DNA of 64,000 nucleotides from Eledone cirrhosa (Eukaryota): NCBI GenBank assembly GCA_964016885.1, contig OZ024755.1, positions 6,758,001 to 6,822,000 of the forward strand, read 5' to 3'. Shown piece by piece: positions 26,912 to 37,550 of this stretch (position 1 is its first letter; each line of letters starts with the position of its first letter). The notes under the pieces were generated by a model. It saw only the letters and a program-made list of their open reading frames with translations, ran no database searches and was not told where the DNA came from. The position numbers and the translations under genes were made by a program.

Positions 26912-27151
26912 CTGCGTTATTGTTTTTGGCATGTATCATCTATCCCAGCGGATGGGACCTTGAGGCAATCAAAGATTTGTGTGGGTCCGGCACTGGCCCT
27001 TACAATCTTGATAAATGTGGAATTCGATGGGCTTACATTTTAGCTATCCTTGCTATAATTGATGCAGTTCTACTGGCAATCCTAGCTTTCATCTTAGCCA
27101 GTAAAAAAACTAAACCTGATGATTATAGTGTGACAGGAAAAATTACAAGGG
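26912..27151 (+). CDS. LHFPL paralog A coding exon 2
   Basis: CIIYPSGWD...LCG.....Y.L.KC.IRWAYILAI...DA..L..LAF.L motif; phase-1 acceptor ttcag, donor G|gtaaat. Confidence 0.93.
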
Positions 27152-27624
27152 GTAAATTACACATTTTTATTTTATTTTATTTTATTTTATTTTATTTATT
27201 TCATCTTGACCATATCATCATCATCATCATCATTTTACATCAACTTTTCATGTTGGCATGGGTTAGATGGGTTATCATAGTTAAAGTCAGTTCTTATTTG
27301 GAATTGCTGTATTTGAACGTCATTTCACTTATATGTGCTGTTTATTTGGCATGGTTTCTATGGTTGGATGTCCTTCTTAATAACACCCATTTTACAGAGT
27401 GTACAGGGTGCATTTCATCGTGACAACTGCACTAGAAAGGTTGTAGTGTCTTTAACAAGACTGGAGGGTCTTCGCTACTCTCTGTCTACCGCAACTACTA
27501 GTCTGCGGAAAGATTGTCTGGCATGAAGCCAGTCCGTGGTATAAAAAACGTTGCAGACCGCTGATATCACTCTTATGATCAACTGCAAGAAGTCTTAAGA
27601 TTATACATGCCAATTTTTAAAATA

Positions 27625-27980
27625 ATAATGAACATTATTGTTTACAGTGCTCAGGTGCACAACTCATCAAAGGTGCATGTATAGTACAAAGAATAATTTA
27701 CAAATATTAGGAAAGTGAACAGTGTATGAGTTATGATATACACACAGATACATGTGTGTGTGAGTGTATGGAGCGGGAATATCAGATGAGGTGTTGGTGA
27801 ATTTTGGGAAGCATGGAAGTTTTGAAGGATGTCGTGTCCCGAAAGCTAAAAACTGATGCAGGTAGTTTGTTCCATGCTTCAGCAAATCTGAGCATGAAAA
27901 AATGTTTCTGAAAGTCATGGGAGCTGTGGTGTTTTCTGATTTTGTAAGCATGTCCATGAGTGTTAGATACATGGAATTCG
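27625..27980 (-). mobile_element. CR1-clade LINE 3' fragment
   Basis: Homologous to 41630-42090. Confidence 0.82.
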
Positions 27981-27988
27981 AATTGTTC

Positions 27989-28845
27989 TTAACCTTTTAG
28001 CATTTAAACCGGCCATATCTGGCCAGAAATCTCTCACCTCCTTCTGTTCAAACCAGCTGTAACTTGCTACTCATACTGATGTTAAGGTATTGTTCTCAAA
28101 ATAAATAATATCAAAATTTCATAGCATCAATATTATCTGAGATAATATGTGAGGTAAAACCTTTACCATGAAAATATAATAGTATGGACATGTGATGCGC
28201 ATGGAGGATGACCTCTGGGTAAAGAAGTGCCAAGAAATACCAGTAGAAGGAAGACGCAGTAGAGGTAGACCTCGAAAAACATGGGTGGAGGTGGTGAGAG
28301 CAGACCTCAAATCGCTGAAACTCACCGAGGAGATGACGAAGGACCGTGACAAGTGGAGAGATGCTGCGCTGAATAGGACCCGTCCAACCCTTGCAAGCAG
28401 GGAAAATTATCATTATCATTTTACGTCCGCTTTTCCCTGCTTGCAAGGGTGGGAGGGGGACTGATTCTGGCTCGATTTCTACAGCTGGATGCCCTTCCTA
28501 ACACCAACCTCATTTACAGTGAGTGCTGGGTGCTTTTTTCCGTGGTGCCTACACGTCTACTTTACAGTGTGGGCTGGGTGCTTTTTTGCCATGGCACCTC
28601 CACGACCACTTTGCAGTGGAATGATAGGGACTCCAGTCCTATCATCTCATTTCTACAGCTGAATAAACTGGAGCAATGTGAAATAAAGTGTCTTGCTCAA
28701 GGAAACAACACACCACCCGGTCCGAGAATTGACCTCACAACCTTTCGATTGCAAGCCCAATGCTCTAACCACTAAGCCATGTGCCTCCATGAAAAGCGGA
28801 CGTATGATGATGATGATATAGACTAATGTAAATGCTAAAGGGTTA
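27989..28845. mobile_element. piggyBac-like MITE containing a nested RTE 3' end (about 28180-28817), itself interrupted by a full SINE on the minus strand (about 28410-28790)
   Basis: TTAACCTTTTAGCATTTA ... TAAATGCTAAAGGGTTAA ends; GHVMRM..GRPRKTW RTE motifs; SINE head and RTE-type tail. Confidence 0.75.
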
Positions 28846-28990
28846 AATAAATCTCTTCTTTCATGATTTATGAGTCTCTTTCATGCAAATTTCCTCAAAG
28901 AACTGAGTAACGTTCTAGTAAATGTTGGCAGAAAGATGAAATATAGAAAGACTTGTTCTCACATGATAATCTCTTGTTTGATATTTTCAG

Positions 28991-29145
28991 CTGAGCTGTA
29001 TCCTAACTACAATGAGACAATACGTTCACATGGGACAATGATACGACCAACTATGATGACAGTTCCTGATATCGGAGACGCATACTCTGAATATTCACAT
29101 ATTTCCAACAAGAAATATTTGATGAATTCAGGCTTCCAGTTATAA
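28991..29145 (+). CDS. LHFPL paralog A terminal exon (…DAYSEYSHISNKKYLMNSGFQL*)
   Basis: ttttcag acceptor, phase 1 consistent; shares the SEYSH motif with the paralog B tail; total CDS 804 nt = 267 aa. Confidence 0.82.
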
Positions 29146-29451
29146 AACAAACAATTATTATTCTTTATATATGTATATAATTTGTCAACAGTCAGACATG
29201 GTAAACTAAATTTTATTAATGATGTAAAACAGAATGTAAGACAAGTACACCAAAATGAGATATATTAATATTAAAAATATTTATACATTTAAAAATTACA
29301 GGCATGGACCCCTGATGATAATGTAGTGTATGTATGTTTGTATGTATATAGAGTTTAAGTACATATATACATGCATAGACAAATTATATATATATGTATG
29401 TGTGTGTGTATATCTATATACATACATATATCTTATATACATATAAACATA

Positions 29452-29500
<49 letters not shown>

Positions 29501-30799
29501 ACATATACATATATATATAAACACATATACATATAAACACATATACATATAAACACATACATACATATATATATATATATAAAAACACATATACATACAT
29601 ATATATATAAACACATATACATATATGTATATATAATTGTTTCTAATTTTGGTACATGGCCAGCAATTAATCCAGTGTATTACTGGTACTTTGCCATAGG
29701 TAATATGTTACTAATAACATGTTATTACAGATTTCGCTTTCATATTTTACCATCGCTTAACAACTACAGCAACACTATTATAATACTAATAAGACTAATA
29801 AGATACATTTTAAGTAAAAGATTCAATATTAATTCAAATAGAAAAACTGCAATTGCTAAATTTTGCGTAAACACGTTTTACATAGGTAATTGTTTAAAAT
29901 ATAATTTTCTAATAAATATTTACATTTTTCCAGATTTCTCTTTCTTAAACTTATTTCACATTATCTTTCTTATATTCTAATGAATGAATTTATATATATA
30001 TAGGAAGAGTAAGGACCCCGACGGCTGAGCTCCGGCCGTTTCGACAGCTAGATCCGAACTTATATATATATATGTGTGTGTGTGATATAAAAGATACAGA
30101 AGCGAAAACCAAGCCAAACACTAAAAAATGAACATGGAACAAATAACTGTTTCTACTTTTGGCACAAGGCCAGCCATTATCCAGTGTATTACTGGTACTT
30201 TATTTTATCGACCCCGTAAGGATGAAAGGCAAAGTTAACCTCGGCGGGATTTGAACTCAGAATGGCAAGGGAACAAATAACGTGGAACAAATAACGTTAC
30301 CACAAATTTGGTTAAAAGCTGGTTCAGATATGATCTACAGACACGAAATTATGAAAATATTTGAAATAATTGTTTCTACTTTTGGCACAAGGCCATCAAT
30401 TATCCCAGTGCATTACTGAAATAATGATTTCTTTAACAACAAAAGATACTTACGGAGAATTTCGCGGAAATTTACAAATGCCAACTTTGGTAGGTTTTGA
30501 TTGGTTACGGAAATTACTGATTTTTGAGAGGAGACGTTCTTTTACAAGGGAAGTAACTAACCAAATATTAAATCGCTACATGACCACATAACTTATTAGA
30601 AATAGCAGCCAAATATCCCTTCAACTACATCCTATTATCTTTAAAATGAAAAAAAAAAAGGACATATTGATTAATATAGTCTGAGATATACTTTGCCTGA
30701 AAGAAAACAAAACAAGGAACAGCGATGCCTGGTCAAGAAAATAGTAATTTCAAGTACCTTATACAATTGATTTAAACAAGCTGTTGAAGTATCGACGAT

Positions 30800-30932
30800 T
30801 TTGTATAGATTTGTCATCGAACTTGTAGCGGTGGAAACTTCTGGTGTTCTTGTCCCGGTACCACCTCCTTACTCACTGCTATCAAGGTAGAGTTGGCCAC
30901 CTGCAGAAGTGAGCCCTCGCCAGTTGGAAAGG
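30800..30932 (+). mobile_element. CRE-like retrotransposon RLE C-terminal fragment
   Basis: VAVETSGVL..GTTSLLTAI..ELA; homologous to the 79-bp repeat unit at 40024. Confidence 0.6.
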
Positions 30933-31206
30933 TATTCGTTTTGGTTTCAAATCCCGCCGGGATCAACTTTGCCTTTCATCGATCCGATGTCAATAAAATA
31001 TACCAGTCATGTACAATATAAACGACTTTCTTTTATCTCCAGATTGCCGGCCCTCTGTCACGATAAGAAACTATTATAATATTTAAAAAGAACAACAATT
31101 AATTACCAAAAACAACTGGCTAATACAATAACAATTAGTCCGAAAGCAAAAAAAAAAACTGCAACAACATCCACATTATAACATAATGTTGGTATATTAG
31201 GAAATA

Positions 31207-31336
31207 TTAGGTTGAGGAAAAAGTTTGTGCGCCGTGTCAAAATAATGCTTTTTTATATAATAAATAAATTTTGAATATATTCTTGCATAAAAAATCATTA
31301 TTTTAACACGGCGCACGAACTTTTCCCTCAACCTAG
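31207..31336. mobile_element. Tc1/mariner-type MITE (130 bp) flanked by TA
   Basis: TIRs TTAGGTTGAGGAAAAAGTTTGTGCGCCGTG / CACGGCGCACGAACTTTTCCCTCAACCTAG with TA on both sides. Confidence 0.8.
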
Positions 31337-32354
31337 TATATGTGGAAGTAAAAAGTAGATGTTTTGTTTTAATTAACAATACATAATTTAAAACCTTTTT
31401 TTTAAAGCGCCAGGCTTCATGTATTTCTATGTGTTTATTTTTTAAAAAATCTATCTATGTATTTTTAAAGTTAGGGAAAACGAGCTGTGTTGCCCATGTG
31501 TTATGGAAGTTACTTTTTACCGGGGATTAAAACTGAGCCGTTGTGAAGTAGTCTTTTGTTCCACGACGCGAGGCTAAATATTAAATCCAGACAACGGAAA
31601 AGGAAATATTTTATTGACGATTAAAAGATAATAATTTGCCAAAGTAAATCGAATGTAAAATCGAATCGAAAGAAGATATTAATTCAATAATTAAGTGTGT
31701 CGATAGGTCACACACCTCAAGAGGTGCCTACTTCTAATACTTTTCTAGACAAATCAACACACTGGCAGCATTACAAGGCTAAGGCGCTGCAACAAACAAG
31801 CACCCTCACCAGATTCCACGGTAAGACGAGCCGCCAACGATGACAACAACTTCGAACACCACAAGTTAAAAGAAATAGTTTATTCCGTTCAGCGACCTTC
31901 ACTTTAACCGCAGCATCCAGGGTGTGGTATGGTTCAAAAGAATCACTAACGATAGCGTCCTAAATGAGACATCTACCTCATACCCAAGGCGAAAAAGTAA
32001 AACCATTTTTTAAAGTACACCTAAAAAAAGTATAGTAAATATACTGAAGTTTGTATACGAAACGATTTCTCGCCAAATATACTTGATATGAACGAGCCTG
32101 AAACCGCCCACAATTCCACGTAAATTAATAAATAGGAAAAGGTACTTAACTTTTTATTTTCTATTATGTTTAATCTCTATTTTCTTTTCTAAAGAAAAGT
32201 AAAATTTTATATTTTAAATGAAACTAATGAAGACAAAGATTTCCTTTCTTTAAAAAAAAATAGCTCAAGGGAGATCACTCCCATTTCAAATGTATGGTCA
32301 CGTGATCTGTAGCTATTGTTGGCTATTGATAGGAGAAAAAGCTTTTTGATATTT

Positions 32355-33505
32355 ATAATAATAATAATAATAATAATAATGAAATTATTGTGTACAGTGC
32401 TCAGGTGCACTACAACTCATCAAAGGTGCATGTATAGTACATAGAATAATGTACAAATGTCAGGAGTAGTGGTGAAGATCAGGTCCAAAGTGTTGTCACC
32501 TCTTGTTGGAGAGGTGACTACTTGTGACCAGTTTGAGTCCAGCACTAGTTCAAGGAAATCGTTTGCACCCTGTGGCCAACGAAAGGTTTCCCAATCGATC
32601 TCAGGATGATTGAAGTCACCTGCAATAAACACATAAGTGGCTGTTTTCTTGGCAGCAACTCTGAGGATATCGCAAAGCTGTGTGTCCTGGTGGTAGTTTG
32701 GGGGGCGATAAACAACACCAAGCAGAAGTGTTGACATGGTCATACGTATGTCACAGAAAAAAACTTCTTCCTGTGATTCGTTCAAATCAACGCAAGGAAT
32801 TACCGAAAAGTTTGAACGAACGTAGACCATCACACCACCACTACGGCGGTTAATGCGGTCCTTGCGGAAAAGGTTGTACCCAGTAATGGTGAAAACCCCA
32901 TCACAGAGTAAGGAATGTGCCCATGTTTCCGTGACTGTGATGAAGTCAGGGTCGATGCTTCTGACGTAGGATTCGAACAGATGTATCTTGTTGCATAAAC
33001 TGCGAGCATTTAAGGACAACAATTTGTACCCTGCTCGCAGTTTATGATGGTGTGTAGAGGGTGGCAGGTTGTTCTGGTTTAGTTTCCCAGAGTTGTAGCA
33101 GTTTTTACATTGCCAGTTATTGTGGGTAGATCACACTCAGACCAGCTGGTATCTCTCTTCCACGTTTCACCAGCCTTGACAAACCTCCAGATCCGCCCAT
33201 CATCACGCAAACTGAAACTTTCATCTTGTGCTGAGTTCCGATTCAAGGAAGCTGCAGCACGTAGTTTTGGACGTACATGGAGTGGTAGGCCTGGGCGTGT
33301 TCGGAAGGTAATCCGATTTTCACGCCCAGCTTTAGCAGAGGCCAGATGATATGAGGTTGCCTCTGCGGGGTCCGAGAAAGACAGCCTGATGAGTCTGGGT
33401 TTTGGACCAGGTCGACCAAGGCGGAGGGCACCCTTTGGGGGAACACAGCCTAGGTCTTTGGCTGAGCTGGCAGCAAATGCCTGAAGATCAGCCTTGTCCT
33501 CTGGT
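32355..33505 (-). mobile_element. CR1-clade LINE with ORF1 C-terminus, APE endonuclease (32420-33022) and 3' tail; RT deleted
   Basis: ORF1 RLGRPGPKPRLIRLSF; APE motifs LNARSL, ETW, YRPP, GDFN, PTR..N.LDL; then CR1 3'UTR and (ATT)n. Confidence 0.9.
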
Positions 33506-33652
33506 TATAAAACTAATTTCTAGTTTATTATTCACTGATGTGTAGATATCATTACAAATTCTTACAGAATGAAAATGTAATCAGATATAAAAAAAAAAAT
33601 ACAATTAATTATTGCTGGAAACCTTTCAAATATAATACTAGATATACAAAAA

Positions 33653-34210
33653 GGCCATCACCCATGGTAACGCTGCAAGCGTGCTGGCTTGACTCAAAAA
33701 TCATTAGCGATGTTCCCTAGTACTCCTCGCGACACTGCTGTCTTTTGCTCTGGAGGTGGGTCGGTTGTCCACTCCTTCCTTTATATTGTATCCGTCTGCG
33801 CTTTCGTTCTATAAGCGTTGTATTATTATATGTATTTATTGATCTGAGGTCAAATCCCGCCGAGGTTAACTTTGCCTTTCATCCTTACGGGGTCGATAAA
33901 ATAAAGTACTAGTAATGCACTGGGATAATTGCTGGCCTTGTGCCAAACGTAGAAACAATTATTATAAGTATTTATAAGGTCCCTAACAATAATTTATTGT
34001 ATTTATTATTTCTGTTAAGAAAATGTAAAGGAAGTGGTGAACAACCGAGCCAACACCAGAGCAAAAGACAGCAGCGTCGCGAGGAGTACCGGGCAATCTC
34101 TAATGATTTTTTAGGCAAGCCAGCACACTCGCAGCGTTGCCTCGGGTGATGGCGAGGCTGTCTTTTGCTCTGGTGTTAGCTCGGTTGTTCACCCCTTTTT
34201 TTACATTTTC
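33653..34210. mobile_element. Diverged inverted-repeat pair (MITE-like) enclosing a SINE, plus a partial third arm
   Basis: 33653-33788 is the reverse complement of 34021-34153; partial arm at 34157-34210. Confidence 0.6.
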
Positions 34211-35699
34211 TTTAATATTGCAAGATTAAAAGAATATATCCTTCTTATTTGTGTTTATATATTCATTCTCTAAGAATTATTTGTTAAGTATCATATATAT
34301 ATATTATTTGTGTCTATATTTTTTTTTTCATTCTGTAAACATATTATTATATTCAATATTTTTTCACAAATAAATATGCTGTTTGAATAATGCAATTTGA
34401 CAGAACACTATAACGAAAGCGACCATCAGTTCAGGACTAAGTGCAGCGGTCGGTCGCACATCATAATTGTTTCTACATTTGGCACAAGGCCAGCAATTAC
34501 CCAGTACATTACTGGTACTTTATTTTATCGACCCCGTAAGGATGAAAGGCAAAGTCAACCTCGGCGGGATTTGAACTCAGACCATAAAGGGACGTAACTA
34601 TGCTGGAAAGCATGGCGTCCGACCCTCTACCGATACTGCCAATCCCGGCAAGGACCGTCATAATGATCAACGGAACGTTTTTAGGCAAACCGACACGCAC
34701 GCAGCATTACCTATATTTTTGTAGATATAATTTGTTTGTTGCAAATGCAGATCTTTGTTTCTTTTTATTCATGGAAATGTAAATTTTTTAATATTCAGTT
34801 ATTAATTATTACTTTAAATTATTGCTTCTCCTTTACGTTCTGAGTTCAAATCTCGCCGAGGTTAACTTTGCCTTTCATCCGTACGGGGTCGATAAAATAA
34901 ATTACCTGTAATGTACTGGGTCGATTTAATCGACTTTCCTCTCCCTCCAAATTACTGGCTTTGTGCCTATAGTAGAAATTCTTAATTTATTTGTGTCGGT
35001 ATTCCACATCGGCTCTATCACACCCGGGCCTGCATCTTTGGAATAGCGGTATTGCGTGCTCTGAACAGAAGAAAAATGCATATTATATACTTTCTCTGAT
35101 ATTATTAACACAAACTGTGATACTTGGTGTCATCATCTGTTAGTCGTAGCCGTTGTGCTTCGTATTAAGTGAAATCTCGGGGTTAAGTCTCGTACGGTCA
35201 CAGATATTACGAGGCGAAGAAGAACGACGTGGCAGCCATCAAATAAATGACCTACTTTCCCAAAAACTTTTTTTTTTTAAATAGAAACTGCGCTGTATTC
35301 TTCTTCTCTTTTTCTCTTCTTTTCTCCTTCTTATGCTTCTTCTTCTCTTTTCTTTTTTTCTTCATTTTTAGCATTTGCTGGAAGTACGTGGCACCTCTAG
35401 AATTGATTAAATTTATTAAAAAGAGAGTTAAAAGTGTCTCTCAAACTTTTGAAAAAATAAAACAGAAAGTTAAAAACACTGTCTATTAAATAACAAACAA
35501 GGAAAACTGCATACACATTATAATTACTTTTATCTACACTACAAAAGGTTAATATAATATGACCAGAAAAAATAATATACCCAATAAATTCAACATTAAT
35601 TACGATAAAAATAATGTAGTAGGGTGTATGCATCCAACAAAGGTGTGTCTATTAAGGCTAAGCATATATCATTTAGAGAGAGGAGTGAGGGAGGTGTTT

Positions 35700-36068
35700 T
35701 ATAGACAAGGTAAATACACATCTTTAGTGTCCAAGGGTGTTCGATAGACAAGGTAAATACACTTCATTAGTGTCCAAAGGTGTTTTATAGACAAGGTAAA
35801 TACACTTCATTAGTGTCCAAAGGTGTTTTATAGACAAGGTAAATACACTTTATTAGTGTCCAAAGGTGTTCTATAGACAAGGTAAATACACATCTTTAGT
35901 GTCCAAAGTTGTTTGATACACAAGGTAAATACACTTCATTAGTGCCCAAAGGTGTTTTATAGACAAGGTAAATACACATCTTTAGTGTCCAAAGGTGTTC
36001 GATAGACAAGGTAAATACACATCTTTAGAGTCCAAAGTTGTTTGATAGACATCTTTAGTGTCCAAAGG
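35700..36068. repeat. 43-bp minisatellite (TAGACAAGGTAAATACAC...TAGTGTCCAAAGGTGTT)
   Basis: Direct periodicity of 43, about 8 copies. Confidence 0.92.
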
Positions 36069-36268
36069 TAGAGGGAGTTTATTCTATGTATTGTACTTTT
36101 ATCAAAAGATTAATGATTTTCAGATCTTTGAATTGTTGGGGAAAAAAAAGAACAAATAAACGATATCTAATTGTTTCTCCTTTAGGCACAAGGCCAGCAA
36201 TTTGAAGATTAAATCCACTTTATTTATGTAATGATGAAAGGTAAAGCTTACTTCAGCGGAATTTGAAC

Positions 36269-36850
36269 TTAGGACGTTGCCTGTTGTCCGACGCTCGACA
36301 TGTAAACAACATAAATTATAAGAAACATAATTAATATGAATAGACAAACACCGTTTTCGCCTTGGGGATGATGATGATGATGATGTAACTCAGCCCTGTG
36401 ATTGAAAACCAATCGTTGTGGATAATCCGTTCTGGGAGGTGAGGAATTTACAATTTGTGTAACCGAGTCTAACTCGTCTTGACTACGTCTATCATTGCTG
36501 AAATACAGAGGTTGATTGATGTTATTCCAATGACTCCTTACTACTACATCTAGACCATCGTTTGTTGTAGTGAACTTTTCTAGATCAAAATATCGTATAA
36601 AATAAACCTTAATTTTCATATATGGTCTACTTAAACGTTGGACTTCTTTGAACACGTAAAGCCTCCTGTTGTCCCAGCTGTAATATTTTTCATCTTTTAA
36701 GGAAACTCTGATCGTGCGAATGTCATCAGGAGTAATTTGACGAGTAATAATATCCGAAATAAGACTTTGTATTTTGTTTCCATTTTGAAAGAATGGGGAG
36801 ATAGAATCCTGAGTATAGCGGATCACTTTTGGAGACAGTTCAATAAACAT
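36269..36850 (-). CDS. Uncharacterised 193-aa protein: ParB/Srx-like domain, His-run and C-terminal transmembrane helix
   Basis: Intact, non-repetitive ATG-initiated ORF with motifs IRYTQDSIS..F..G, YSWDNRRLYVFK and KFTTTNDG..V.VR; hydrophobic tail GVCLFILIMFLIIYVVY. Confidence 0.8.
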   Translation of the reverse strand: MFIELSPKVIRYTQDSISPFFQNGNKIQSLISDIITRQITPDDIRTIRVSLKDEKYYSWDNRRLYVFKEVQRLSRPYMKIKVYFIRYFDLEKFTTTNDGLDVVVRSHWNNINQPLYFSNDRRSQDELDSVTQIVNSSPPRTDYPQRLVFNHRAELHHHHHHPQGENGVCLFILIMFLIIYVVYMSSVGQQATS

Positions 36851-37029
36851 TTTAAGTTAAAATATACTTTGATTGTAAATATTATCTAATGTGAAAGTAT
36901 AGCTTTTCTAAGAATTGGGAGTAAAACTTGTTGTTTAAGTGGTGATCGTTAACAAGGGAGGGTACTCATGAAGTATTTAAACTGTTTACTAAATAATCTA
37001 TATACTGCATACATAAATAACATTACAAA

Positions 37030-37550
37030 TTGCCAGGCACCCTCACGAGCATCACCTGACACCTCAGTAAGGCGAGCCACCAGAGATGACAAGAACTTCA
37101 CTATCAGTGGCCCAACTCCACCAAACGTCTCGAACGCCACAGGCTTGAAAGAATAATTATTAGATAAATCCAGGTATTTCCGAATTTTATTCCATTCGGA
37201 AACAAAGCAGTAACTTCCACATTTACTGAGGTGTCTATAATGTGGTAGGAAGCAAAAGAGCCACTGACTGTAACGTCCCAGATGAGACACCTACCTGGAT
37301 CAAATGGTAAGGCCTTCTGGTCTCTTCCCGTCACTTCTGGATAATTCAGCTGGCTCCAGAACTGAAGGGATATTTACCTGAGCCAGGGCCCGTTTCATGA
37401 TCAGGTTTAGTTCGGTGAGGCAGGGAAAACAACCAGCATTTAGGCAGAAGGACATACCACATAGGCCTGTGGAGTCGAGGAACCTACCACAGCGACATCT
37501 CAGAACGCCATGGACATCGGCTCCCACTCGAAGTGCAATGGGGATGTAGA
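37030..37550 (-). mobile_element. CRE-like non-LTR retrotransposon fragment (CCHC plus restriction-like endonuclease), frameshifted; smaller relative at about 31765-31860
   Basis: C.CG..LD..G...C, LN....RAL, RSDGKRPEGLT, WDVTV, F.PVAFET.G..GP and GDARE motifs. Confidence 0.82.
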
